From assembly GCA_965238075.1 (NCBI GenBank), contig OZ250173.1, positions 2,368,001-2,432,000 of the forward strand: 64,000 bases of DNA. Reading direction: 5' to 3'. A program made the translations under genes and the position numbers. This document shows positions 18,265 through 27,675 of the stretch, piece after piece; position 1 is the stretch's first letter, and each line of letters opens with the position of its first letter. A model generated the notes under the pieces. It was given only the letters and a program-made list of their open reading frames with translations, had not been told where the DNA came from and made no database searches. This DNA is from Candidatus Entotheonellaceae bacterium (GTDB lineage Bacteria > Tectomicrobia > Entotheonellia > Entotheonellales > Entotheonellaceae).

Positions 18265-19092
18265 ATGCCCTCGTATCGCTTTTGCCGTCCGGACGATCTG
18301 GAATTGATCGTGCGGGCGATCAATCAATGCTGCCGCATCCACGAGACGGACACGCCGGAGATGACCGAGGAGCGGTTAAAGGCGCACATGACGCTGTTTG
18401 CCGTGCGCCCTGGCAATTGCATGGTGGCGCTCGAACGGCAGCAGCCGGTGGCGGCGGTCATCAGCACGCGGCGTGAGGCGTGTGCGTGGATCCAGACCCT
18501 GGGCTGCCAGCCGGCCTTTCAGCGCCGCGGCGTCGCCTCCCAGCTTGTCGAGGCGCTGGTTCGTAAAATCGCCATCCAGCGCACCCAAGACATTACGGTA
18601 GACGTTCCCGAAGATAACGACGCGGCGCTGCAATTCTTCCAGGCCGTTGGCTTCGAGGAGCGTGGGCGTTTCGTCACCCTGGAGGGCAAGCCGGACAGCC
18701 CAGGCGACCTGACTGGAGAAGTCGTCCAGACGCCGGCGGCGGAGTTGCTGAATTCCTACGAGGCGTTCCACGCTTTTCCGGCGTGCTGGGAGCGCAGTGC
18801 TGATTCCCTGGCCGGCTATGGCGAGTTGATACAGGGCTATGCCTATCGTGAAGACGGCGCGATGCGGGGCTACCTGCTGCATCAGGGCGCAACGATTCTG
18901 GACCTCGCCTGCGCGCCCGACGCAGACGCGGGTCGGGTAAGCGCCATCTTGCTGGGCCACTTGCATGCCGATGGCACGTCACCGGTCTCGCTTCCCAAGG
19001 TGAATGTGGCCGACCCGTTGTTCGATATCCTGCAGCAGCAGAGCCTGAAGCCCGCGCGCAGCTATCGCCTGATGGGGCAGAAGCTGTCCTGA
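18265..19092 (+). CDS. GNAT family acetyltransferase (probably two GNAT folds)
   Basis: PAFQRRGVASQL acetyl-CoA motif, NDAALQFFQAVGF; extended -10 TGATATAAT at about 18213-18221. Confidence 0.8.
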   Translation: MPSYRFCRPDDLELIVRAINQCCRIHETDTPEMTEERLKAHMTLFAVRPGNCMVALERQQPVAAVISTRREACAWIQTLGCQPAFQRRGVASQLVEALVRKIAIQRTQDITVDVPEDNDAALQFFQAVGFEERGRFVTLEGKPDSPGDLTGEVVQTPAAELLNSYEAFHAFPACWERSADSLAGYGELIQGYAYREDGAMRGYLLHQGATILDLACAPDADAGRVSAILLGHLHADGTSPVSLPKVNVADPLFDILQQQSLKPARSYRLMGQKLS

Positions 19093-19131
19093 GGTGCTTC
19101 AACTGCCCAAATCCAAACGAAAGAGTGAGTC

Positions 19132-19536
19132 ATGAATGGAACGACGACACGCCCTGTCATCCTGGAGGATCTGATCGAACGGATCGCATTTGAGGCGTTC
19201 GACATCGGCATTTTCACGATTTACACCAACACCGGGCGCGCCTTGCAGCGGCCGGTCAAAGACCAGTATCCGCATCTCGTGGCAGTTGGGCGGGTCAGTC
19301 AGAAGGTCGAGATTGTCGGCATGGTGGAAACCGACGAGAGTCTGCACGACCTCACTGCCGCGATGCGGCGCTGGCGTGCCCTGGACCATCTGCAAGCTGT
19401 CGCCTACCTGTACGTTCCCAAAGGCCGCGGCGCCGACGCGCGTACGCTGTGCCTGCGCGAGACCATTCGCATTTCCGATTTTCGGCACTATTGGTTCGAG
19501 GGCGAGACGCTATGCCTCGAGCGCTGCTTCGCGTGA
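19132..19536 (+). CDS. Hypothetical protein
   Basis: Fills the gap between the GNAT gene and thiI; protein-like composition; 27-nt convergent overlap with thiI. Confidence 0.7.
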   Translation: MNGTTTRPVILEDLIERIAFEAFDIGIFTIYTNTGRALQRPVKDQYPHLVAVGRVSQKVEIVGMVETDESLHDLTAAMRRWRALDHLQAVAYLYVPKGRGADARTLCLRETIRISDFRHYWFEGETLCLERCFA

Positions 19537-20724
19537 TGCGCAGGTCGGAGTTTCCGGGAAGTCACACGTGATGCGCTGCGTGCCTTCCAGAGCCAGTTGC
19601 AGCAGCGCAGGGGTGTCCAGCGCCTGCTCGGCCGCTTCAATGTCCGGCAGGGTCGTGCGGGTGGCGGGGCGGCGCGGCACGAACAGCGTGCAGCAATCCT
19701 GATCGGGCAGGATCGAGGTGTCATAGGTTCCGATGGCCTCGGCTTGCGCCATGATTTCGGCCTTGTCCATGCCGATAAGGGGACGCAGCACCGGCAGGCT
19801 ACTGACGGCCTCGATGACGCGCAGATTGCTGAGCGTCTGTGACGCCACCTGCCCCAGTGATTCGCCCGTCACCAACGCATGGGCGCCAAGTTTCTGTGCC
19901 AAGGCCTCGGCAATTCGCAACATGTATCGCCGGTAGAAGACGACGCGGTACGCCGCCGGCACGGCGCTCACGATGCGTTGCTGCACCTCGCCGAACGGCA
20001 CCATGCACAGTTTCGTGTGGTACTGATGCCGGGTCAGCAGGCGTGCCAGCGTGTGAGCCTTGCGCTGAGAGGTGCGATCCAGGAACGGGTAGCTGTGAAA
20101 GTGGACGACGTGCACCTGGCAGCCCCGCTTCATCATCCGGTAAGCGGCTACCGGCGAGTCCAGCCCCCCCGACAACAACCCCAGCAGCGTGCCGCCCGTG
20201 CCCACGGGCAAGCCGCCCGCCCCAGCCAGTTTTTCCACGTAAATCAACGTCCGCCGCGGGATCACCTCGACGTGGACAACCAACTCCGGGTTCTTCAAAT
20301 CCACCCGCGTGGCGTGGGTCTCCAGCACGTGGGTGCCGAGGGTGCGGCTGATCTCCTGCGATCCCCACGGCAGTTCCTTGAACGCCCGCCGCGCCGTGAT
20401 GCGGAAACTGCCAAAGGTGCGGCCATGCAGGGCGCGGCTGACGGCCTGCTTGACGGCTTCGAGGTCGTGCGACGCCGTCCAGCAGCGTGAGAAATTGGCT
20501 ACGCCGAAGACCTCCCGAAGCCGCTGCTCAAGTTGCTCCCAGGGAATTTTCTCCGACGCGGTCAGCAGTAGCCGCCCCGATTGCTGCTCGACGGAACCCT
20601 CGCCTAACGAACTGAGCGCTTGATGTAGGTTTCGCATCAGCGCGTGCAGAAAAACAGGCCGGTTCCTGCCCTTGAGGCCCAACTCGCCGTAATGCACAAC
20701 AATGTGGTGTCGCGTATCGTCCAT
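19510..20724 (-). CDS. thiI: tRNA 4-thiouridine synthase ThiI (no rhodanese domain)
   Basis: YGELGLKGRNR, THUMP domain, GLPVGT, LSGGLDSPVA PP-loop, TGESLGQVASQT, RPLIGMDK, DCC. Confidence 0.96.
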   Translation of the reverse strand: MDDTRHHIVVHYGELGLKGRNRPVFLHALMRNLHQALSSLGEGSVEQQSGRLLLTASEKIPWEQLEQRLREVFGVANFSRCWTASHDLEAVKQAVSRALHGRTFGSFRITARRAFKELPWGSQEISRTLGTHVLETHATRVDLKNPELVVHVEVIPRRTLIYVEKLAGAGGLPVGTGGTLLGLLSGGLDSPVAAYRMMKRGCQVHVVHFHSYPFLDRTSQRKAHTLARLLTRHQYHTKLCMVPFGEVQQRIVSAVPAAYRVVFYRRYMLRIAEALAQKLGAHALVTGESLGQVASQTLSNLRVIEAVSSLPVLRPLIGMDKAEIMAQAEAIGTYDTSILPDQDCCTLFVPRRPATRTTLPDIEAAEQALDTPALLQLALEGTQRITCDFPETPTCASREAALEA

Positions 20725-20930
20725 GAAATGTCCCTAACGCCTACCCTGTTCGGTTATAACAGGCCGTGCGATGGAAGGGGTGATAGAGGGCGCGTGGGTC
20801 AAAATTCCCTTGCGTTCCGGGGGTAAACCATCGCATTGTGACGGTTCCGTTGCAGCTCCGTTCGACGCCCCCGCTGGGCGTCAATTCCGGCTCCCGTCAA
20901 GTATTCTCTGACTCCTGAGGAGTTTGATTC

Positions 20931-22073
20931 ATGACCTTCGATGTTGAACAAGTTGATTCTGTTTTGCGGACGACCCGAGCGGTGCGGCGGCGGCTCGATC
21001 TCGAGCGTCCGGTTCCCGACGAGATCATTCTGCAGTGCGTTGACTTGGCCGAACAAGCGCCCTCCGGCGCGAATATCGCCAGCCGCCGCTGGCTGGTCAT
21101 CCGCGACGCCGAGGTTAAGGCCAAGATCGCCGAGTTGTACCGCATGGCCGGGGGGGCCAATATCATTCAGGCTGCTCAGCAACTCAAGGGCACCGGCTCG
21201 CACCGCGAACACACCGCGGCATCGAGTGCCTACCTGGCGCAGAACATGGAGCGCGTGCCGGCCCTGGTCATCCCGTCGATCTGGGGCGAGCACGACGGCA
21301 GCGGGCGTCCGGGGCTGTTCGACTCCGTCATCCAATCGGCCTGGAGTTTTTGTTTAGCGCTGCGCGCCCGCGGCCTTGGGACCGCGTGGACCACGATGAT
21401 CTTTGGCAAGCGCGAGGAACTCGTTGACATCCTGGGCATTCCCAAGGGCGTGACGCCCATTGTACTGTTGCCCGTGGCCTGGACGATCGGCACCGATTTC
21501 AAACCCACCGCCCGGCGACCGGCCGCTCAGATTACCTGGTTTGATCACTGGGGTCATACCCATGCCCAGCCTTTTGATGGCGACATCCTGGCCGCGCAAC
21601 CCGGCGTGACCGTCGAGGTTAACGTGGAGGCGCCGCCGCAGCGCCTCTGGGACCTGATCAGCGACGTCACGCTCCCAGCCCGCTTCAGCGACGAGTTTCA
21701 AGGCGCCGAATGGCTCGACGGCGACGGCCCGCGCGTGGGTGCGCGCTTCGTGGGGCGCAACAGCATGGGCGACCGGCAGTGGGAAACCACCTCGCACGTT
21801 GTCGCCTGCGAAGCACCCCGCCTTTTCGCCTGGAACGTCAGCGACGCCGAGCAGCCGAGCGCACAGTGGCGCTTCGAGTTGGACCGCGTTGGCGACTCCA
21901 CCCGCTTGCGCCAGTGCATGGCGATGGGGCCCGGCCTCTCCGGTACCACCCGAGCAATGCAGCAAGACCCCGACAATGCCATGCAGATTCTCACCGCGCG
22001 CCGCGCGACGTTGCGCCGCAATATGGAATTGACCGTTCAGGGGATCAAGCAACTGGCAGAGTCGGAGAAATGA
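20931..22073 (+). CDS. Nitroreductase-family domain fused to an SRPBCC/START domain
   Basis: TTRAVRRRL, APSGAN, LRARGLGTAWTT; C-terminal APPQRLWDLISD, GARFVGRN, FAW...WRFEL. Confidence 0.85.
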   Translation: MTFDVEQVDSVLRTTRAVRRRLDLERPVPDEIILQCVDLAEQAPSGANIASRRWLVIRDAEVKAKIAELYRMAGGANIIQAAQQLKGTGSHREHTAASSAYLAQNMERVPALVIPSIWGEHDGSGRPGLFDSVIQSAWSFCLALRARGLGTAWTTMIFGKREELVDILGIPKGVTPIVLLPVAWTIGTDFKPTARRPAAQITWFDHWGHTHAQPFDGDILAAQPGVTVEVNVEAPPQRLWDLISDVTLPARFSDEFQGAEWLDGDGPRVGARFVGRNSMGDRQWETTSHVVACEAPRLFAWNVSDAEQPSAQWRFELDRVGDSTRLRQCMAMGPGLSGTTRAMQQDPDNAMQILTARRATLRRNMELTVQGIKQLAESEK

Positions 22074-22121
22074 CCCGCAGGTCGGATTACGGCTTCGATA
22101 GCGTCATCTGACCTATCCCGC

Positions 22122-23279
22122 CTATGCTCCCCGCAAAGGCCGGAAGAAGGCCCGGATGTCCTGCGCCAGCGTTTCCGGCTGTTCAAAGGCCGCAAAGTGG
22201 CCGCCGCGCGGCATTTCCGACCATTGCTGCAGATTGAAGAACCGCTCAGCCCACTCGCGCGGCGGCCGGCTGATCTCCTTGGGAAACCGCGCCACGGCGC
22301 ACGGCACGTCGATACCCTGCCCGGGCTGAATGATCCACGGATTGTGCTGGTTCTCGTAGTAGATGCGGGTGGAGGAGTTGATCGTCTGCGTGGCCCAGTA
22401 GATTGTAATCGTCGTCAGTAGTTCGTCCTTGCTGAAACACCGTTCCACGTCTCCATCGCAGTCGCTCCAACTGCGCCACTTTTCGACGATCCAGGCGGCC
22501 AGCGCGGCGGGGGAATCGTTGAGGCCATACGACAGGGTCTGCGGCTTGGTTCCCTGGATGTGGGCGTATCCGCCTTCCTCAAGTTGCCAATGCGCCCGCG
22601 TCTCCAGAAAGGTGCGCTCCGCGGTTGTCAGGTCGCGCATGCCCGGCTGCCAGCCGGTAGGTACGCCGGACACCGAGGTGGTGTGGATGCCGATCACCTG
22701 GCTTCGGTAGGAAAAGCCCAAGCGTGCCGTTACACCCGCCCCCCAGTCGCCGCCGTGGGCGCCGTAGCGGCTGTAGCCGAGCGCCGTTGTCATAAGCTGC
22801 GCCCACAGGTCGGCGATCCGCGCCACGTTGATGCCGCGCGTGCCGGTAATGTCGGAAAACCCATAGCCCGGCAGTGACGGCGCCACCACGTCGAAGGCGT
22901 CTTGCGGGTCCCCGCCGTGGGCCGCCGGATCGGTGAGCAGGGGGATGATCTTGGACATCTCGAAGACGGTGCTCGGCCACCCGTGTGTGATGACCAGCGG
23001 CAACGGCGCAGGACCCTTGCCCTTTTCGTGGATGAAGTGAATCCCCATGCCGTCGACCGTGGTGCGGAAGTGCGCAAAGCGGTTCAGGGCCTCTTCTTGG
23101 GCGCGCCAGTCAAACCCATTCTGCCAATACGCCACGAGCTCCTTGACGTATGCCAGATTGGAACCGTAATCCCATCCCGTGTGCGGGAGTTCCCCCGGCC
23201 AGCGTGTGCGGGCGAGGCGCTCGCGCAGGTCCTGTAGCGTTTCGTCGGCAACGTGAACGGTGAAGGGTTGCACGCTCAT
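22122..23279 (-). CDS. Epoxide hydrolase (EHN domain + alpha/beta hydrolase)
   Basis: FDWRAQE, HGWP, PSLPGYGFS, GGDWG nucleophile, GGHFAAFEQP. Confidence 0.93.
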   Translation of the reverse strand: MSVQPFTVHVADETLQDLRERLARTRWPGELPHTGWDYGSNLAYVKELVAYWQNGFDWRAQEEALNRFAHFRTTVDGMGIHFIHEKGKGPAPLPLVITHGWPSTVFEMSKIIPLLTDPAAHGGDPQDAFDVVAPSLPGYGFSDITGTRGINVARIADLWAQLMTTALGYSRYGAHGGDWGAGVTARLGFSYRSQVIGIHTTSVSGVPTGWQPGMRDLTTAERTFLETRAHWQLEEGGYAHIQGTKPQTLSYGLNDSPAALAAWIVEKWRSWSDCDGDVERCFSKDELLTTITIYWATQTINSSTRIYYENQHNPWIIQPGQGIDVPCAVARFPKEISRPPREWAERFFNLQQWSEMPRGGHFAAFEQPETLAQDIRAFFRPLRGA

Positions 23280-23404
23280 CCTGATGGGTCCTCCTTGATA
23301 CGCAACTGCGCGCGTGGGTCGATGGGGCTTTCATGCCTGCGGTGGGCGCCCATGTTACGCGCCGAAATGGTTGCAAACAAGCGCCAAGCGCCGCCCTGCA
23401 TGGG

Positions 23405-23785
23405 CTACCAAATGCCCTCTGCCGGGTACGCTTCGTCCTCGCCGGGCCACGGCGGCATGCTGACGCCGACCGCCGCCAACGCCTCATCACCGTCGTTTCT
23501 GAACTGGAAGCGGGTACCCGCCGGGATGGTAATCGACACCCCTTCAAACACCTCGATGATTTCCTCGTCCGCCCCTTGCTTGCGCCAAAACCGACCCCGC
23601 CCCGCCAGGAAATACCACACCTCCTCGATGCGGTGATGGGCCACCGCCTGCGACACCTGCCCGGGCGGAAGCGAAAAATGCGCCATGCTGCCGCGCGCCC
23701 CACTGCACAAAACACGCACCTCGGAACCGTCGGGCGCCAACGCGTCCACTGCCGACGGCAGCCGTTTGGTCTCGAACCGTCCCAT
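23405..23785 (-). CDS. Cupin domain protein
   Basis: APDGSEVR, H..IEEVWYF..GRG, IPAGTRFQFRN, MPPWPG; GGAGGA RBS. Confidence 0.88.
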   Translation of the reverse strand: MGRFETKRLPSAVDALAPDGSEVRVLCSGARGSMAHFSLPPGQVSQAVAHHRIEEVWYFLAGRGRFWRKQGADEEIIEVFEGVSITIPAGTRFQFRNDGDEALAAVGVSMPPWPGEDEAYPAEGIW

Positions 23786-23956
23786 GCGTCCTCCTCCATT
23801 CATCGTGTTGCCATTGCGCAAACACCGTAGCCCGCGTCCCACATGGTTAATCCTCGCCCATAGTCACCCGACCACCCCGAAATCCGGTTGAAGCAAAGGT
23901 GCCGAGTGTGATAGGGTGGCGCCGCAATTGGCCATCTTCCAAGTGCAGGAGAAACG

Positions 23957-24298
23957 ATGATTACGTACAGATGTGTCGTACAAGAGGGTTGCGTCCCCCT
24001 CGACATCCGACCCCGTCTCGTCTCCGGCTTGGCGGGCATAACGGCCGAGGTTCTGGGTGCGGCTCCGGATGACGTGCAGGTTGAATTCAACGAGATACCG
24101 CACGGTGCCGGATACCGTGGCGGCGAACTTTCCACCACGTCGCTGGTACGCGGTGCTATCCCGCCGGGCTGCGAGCAGCCGGTGCGTGAGCAACTGCTGA
24201 TGAAAATATGCGACATGTGGTGTGAGGTAACGGGCTGCGGCGTTGATGAAGTCGTTGTCAACGCCAGCGATCAGGGCTACGCCCCTAATGTCTACTAA
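23957..24298 (+). CDS. Tautomerase superfamily protein lacking Pro-1
   Basis: AGGAG RBS; beta-alpha-beta pattern similar to the downstream gene (ITYRC..., VQVEFNEIP). Confidence 0.7.
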   Translation: MITYRCVVQEGCVPLDIRPRLVSGLAGITAEVLGAAPDDVQVEFNEIPHGAGYRGGELSTTSLVRGAIPPGCEQPVREQLLMKICDMWCEVTGCGVDEVVVNASDQGYAPNVY

Positions 24299-24315
24299 CG
24301 AGGAAAGGACTTGTC

Positions 24316-24711
24316 ATGCCGGTGTATAATTGTATTTCATCCGCTGGTGCCGTACCCATGGACGTGCGCCCCAAAATCGCCAAAGCTTTTACGGACATCC
24401 ATTGCGACAGTACCAACGCGCCGCGCAGCTTCGTGCACGTCTTCTTCAAAGAGATCCCCGAGGGCGCCGATTCCGGCTATGACACGCCGCACTACATCGA
24501 CGCCGGCAACCGCGCCGGTCGCCCAGCAGAGGTGGTGTTGAAGCTGAAGAACGACCTGCGTCAGGCATACGCCGAGAACGCCGGTGTTTCGCTCGACCAA
24601 GTTGGCGCCCGCATTGTCGAGGGTCCGGCGCGCTGGTCGATGGAGGGTGGTCACATCCTGCCCGAACCGGGTCAGGAAGGCGCCGAGTGGTACGCCCACG
24701 CGGCCGACTAA
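24316..24711 (+). CDS. Tautomerase superfamily protein (cis-CaaD-like)
   Basis: MPVY (Pro-1), IH...APRSFVHVFF, RAGR, MEGGHILPEPG. Confidence 0.85.
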   Translation: MPVYNCISSAGAVPMDVRPKIAKAFTDIHCDSTNAPRSFVHVFFKEIPEGADSGYDTPHYIDAGNRAGRPAEVVLKLKNDLRQAYAENAGVSLDQVGARIVEGPARWSMEGGHILPEPGQEGAEWYAHAAD

Positions 24712-24849
24712 CCGCCTTGCGGGTTTGAACCGCGAACGGTTTGTCGGGCAAATGCCCGAATAGGTTTTTCAAAACGCCGCACGGGAGGTCAAGCAAACGA
24801 CCTGTCGTGCGGCGTATTTGCAGGTGAAAATCAATGGAGGGATATCTTA

Positions 24850-25182
24850 ATGGGAGCACCGTTTACGGTTACCGCCGGAAATTTTGACGCCGAAGTGTTG
24901 CAATCCGATGCGCCGGTCCTGGTTGATTTCTGGGCTCCGTGGTGCGGCCCTTGCCGCGTCATCGCGCCGGCGGTGGAAGAGTTGGCCACCGAGTACGACG
25001 GCAAGCTGAAGGTGGGCAAGCTCAACGTCGACGATCATCCTGCGATCGCGCAGAACTACGGCATCACCGGGATTCCGGCGCTGCTCTTCTTCAAGGACGG
25101 CAAGCGGGTCGATACCGTGGTGGGTGCGGTCTCCAAAAACGTCCTGCAGGAGCACGTCGACGGGGTCGTCAGGGACGCCTAA
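24850..25182 (+). CDS. trxA: Thioredoxin
   Basis: DFWAPWCGPC, KLNVD, GIPALLFFKDG. Confidence 0.97.
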   Translation: MGAPFTVTAGNFDAEVLQSDAPVLVDFWAPWCGPCRVIAPAVEELATEYDGKLKVGKLNVDDHPAIAQNYGITGIPALLFFKDGKRVDTVVGAVSKNVLQEHVDGVVRDA

Positions 25183-25215
25183 CGCATTTTCGGCAAGCTG
25201 TCCAACACTCCAAAG

Positions 25216-25329
25216 CGTCATTCCGGGCTTGACCCCGGATCAGGTCCGGGGCAGGTTCCGGAATCCAGCGGTCTTGCTCCAGGCGAAACTTCTGGACTCC
25301 CGGCTTTTGCCGGCGTGACGCGGACTCAA
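25216..25329. repeat. CGTC-type REP-like palindromic dimer, copy 2, with a nested extra hairpin
   Basis: CGTCATTCCGGGCTTGACC-[CCGGATCAGGTCCGGGGCAGGTT]-CCGGAATCCAG...CTGGACTCCCGGCTTTTGCCGGCGTGACG. Confidence 0.88.
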
Positions 25330-25396
25330 TTCCAAGCCGATATGATCCGAAGCGGTTCTAGTGCGGCTACTCGTCAAGCATGGCCTATCTCTCCCA

Positions 25397-26632
25397 TCAC
25401 AGCGTCAGCAGCAGCCGTGTGGGGTCGGCGAGATGGGCCATGCTTGCGTTGAGAAACCGTTGCGCCGCGGCGCCGTCGAGGACACGGTGGTCGAACGTCA
25501 GGGACAGCGGCAGGACGGTGCGCAAGGCGATGGCTCCCTCGTAGGCGATCGGCTTCTGCATGAACCGTCCGACGCCTAGAATGGCGACTTGCGGCAGATG
25601 CAGCATCGGGGTGGCAAAGATACCGCCGACGGCGCCGTAATTGCTGATGGTGAAGGTGCCGCCCCGCAGGTCGGTCAGCGGGATGCGGCGCGTGTTGGTC
25701 AACTCGACGAGGTGCTGCAACTCCGTCGCAAGGTCCAGGAGGGATTTGCGGTCAACGTCCTTTACCACGGGAACGATCAGCCCCTCGGGCGTGTCGGTGG
25801 CGATGCCGAGGTGGTAGTAGCGCTTGAGAATCAGGTGCTGTTGGTCTTCGGCGAGTGAGGCATTGAGCGCCGGGTGCTGCTTCAGGGCAGCCACCACCGC
25901 CTTCATGATGAACGGCAGCAGGGTCAGATGGACGTCCGCAGCGGCGGCGTTGCCGCGGGCCCGCCAATCCAGCAGTTCGCTGATATCCACTTCGTCGATC
26001 GTGGTAATGGGCACGGCAGTTGTGGCCGCTTCGACCATCGCTTTGGCGATGGTACGCCGCAGGGCGGTCAGTGGCTGAAGCTCGATGGCTCCATGCCCGT
26101 CCCGCTGCGTGTCGGCGGGCTGGGCAGATGCGGTGTCCTGAGGGGCCGCTCGCAGCACGTCCTCGCGGCGGATGCGGCCGCGCGGGCCGGAAGGGGTGAC
26201 GCGGCTCAGATCGACACCGAGGTCGCGGGCCAGCTTGCGTACCGAGGGAATGGCGAGAACACGCCGGTCGGCGGCCGCGCCGTTCTCCGGCTCAGCGGCT
26301 ACCGGTTCGGGTGGCAGGTCCAGGGTTTTGGCATCCAGCCGCCCCACAACCGAGGCCGCTTCCGGCTGCGGCGCAGCGCCGGCTTCGGATCCATCCGCCT
26401 CGCCAATGACCGCCAGAATTTCCCCGACCTGAATCGTTTCTCCCGCCGCCACTGGCAGGCGCAGGATGGTGCCGGCGCGCGGGGCCGGAATCTCCACCAC
26501 GGCCTTGTCGGTTTCCACCTCCACCAGCGGCTGATCGGCCTTCACCCGGTCGCCCTGGGCTACCAGCCAGCGCACGATCTCACCTTGGGCGATACCTTCT
26601 CCCACGTCCGGGAAGCGAAATTCCAGGGACAT
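25397..26632 (-). CDS. pdhC: 2-oxoacid dehydrogenase E2 (dihydrolipoamide acyltransferase), single lipoyl domain
   Basis: ETDKA lipoyl site, E3-binding PSVRKLAR, GGTFTISN, FDHRVLDG. Confidence 0.9.
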   Translation of the reverse strand: MSLEFRFPDVGEGIAQGEIVRWLVAQGDRVKADQPLVEVETDKAVVEIPAPRAGTILRLPVAAGETIQVGEILAVIGEADGSEAGAAPQPEAASVVGRLDAKTLDLPPEPVAAEPENGAAADRRVLAIPSVRKLARDLGVDLSRVTPSGPRGRIRREDVLRAAPQDTASAQPADTQRDGHGAIELQPLTALRRTIAKAMVEAATTAVPITTIDEVDISELLDWRARGNAAAADVHLTLLPFIMKAVVAALKQHPALNASLAEDQQHLILKRYYHLGIATDTPEGLIVPVVKDVDRKSLLDLATELQHLVELTNTRRIPLTDLRGGTFTISNYGAVGGIFATPMLHLPQVAILGVGRFMQKPIAYEGAIALRTVLPLSLTFDHRVLDGAAAQRFLNASMAHLADPTRLLLTL

Positions 26633-26692
26633 GCCTAACCTCAAGCGTACACGTCATGTTGAACGAGGACCGTCTGTATCAGAGACGGGCTC

Positions 26693-27670
26693 TCAGAAGG
26701 CCAGCACGCGGTGCACGGCGGCCGCGATCATCTCAGGGGTCGGTAGATAATACTTTTCGAGTTGCGGCAGGGGGAATACGGTGTCAAAACCGCTGACGCG
26801 CTCGACCGGGGCCTCCAGGGACAACAAGGCTTTCTCGTTGATCTGCGCCACGATTTCGGCCCCTAGGCCGGCTGTGCGCGCGGCCTCGTGCACGACCACC
26901 GCGCGGCCCGTCTTCTCGACGGACGTGATGATGGCCGGCACGTCCATGGGGGACAGGGTGCGCAAATCGAGAATTTCCGGGCTGATGCCGTCGGCGTTCA
27001 GCGATTCGGCGGCCTGCAGCACGGTGTGCATCATCGAACCCCAGGCGATTACCGTCACGTCGCTGCCCTCCCGCACGAGGCGCGCCTCGCCGATGGGCAC
27101 GGTGAATGCCTCTTCCGGGATATCCTGGCGTACGGCGCGATAGATCCGTTTTGGCTCCAGGAAAATCACCGGGTCCGGGCTGCGGATGGCGCTGATCAGC
27201 AGTCCTTTGGCGTCGTAGGGCGTGGCGGGAACCACGACCTGCAGGCCGGGGGTGTGCACCAGCATGGCCTCGGTGCTTTCCGAGTGGTGCTCGGGCGGGT
27301 GAATGCCGCCGCCGTAGGGTACCCGCACCACCAGGGGGCAGGTGAAGCGGCCACGCGAACGATTGCGCATGCGGGCTACGTGGCTAATGATCTGGTCAAA
27401 AGCCGGGTAGAGAAACCCCATGAACTGGATCTCGGGAACCGGCCGCAGCCCCGCGATGGCCATGCCCACCGCCATGCCGACGATGCCCGCCTCGGCAATC
27501 GGCGCATCCATGACGCGCGCCCGTCCGTAGCATGCCTGCAGACCCTCGGTGACGCGAAAGACGCCGCCCTCCCGGCCGATGTCCTCGCCCAGTAGAATTA
27601 CGCGCTCGTCGGCGCCCAACTCCAGGTGCAGCGCCTCGCGGATGGCTTCGAGAAGGGTGCGTGTTGCCAT
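26693..27670 (-). CDS. pdhB: 2-oxoacid (pyruvate) dehydrogenase E1 beta subunit
   Basis: GEDIG..GGVFRVT, EIQF, EHHSES, PATPYDAKGLL, DLRTL. Confidence 0.92.
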   Translation of the reverse strand: MATRTLLEAIREALHLELGADERVILLGEDIGREGGVFRVTEGLQACYGRARVMDAPIAEAGIVGMAVGMAIAGLRPVPEIQFMGFLYPAFDQIISHVARMRNRSRGRFTCPLVVRVPYGGGIHPPEHHSESTEAMLVHTPGLQVVVPATPYDAKGLLISAIRSPDPVIFLEPKRIYRAVRQDIPEEAFTVPIGEARLVREGSDVTVIAWGSMMHTVLQAAESLNADGISPEILDLRTLSPMDVPAIITSVEKTGRAVVVHEAARTAGLGAEIVAQINEKALLSLEAPVERVSGFDTVFPLPQLEKYYLPTPEMIAAAVHRVLAF

Positions 27671-27675
27671 GTCGA

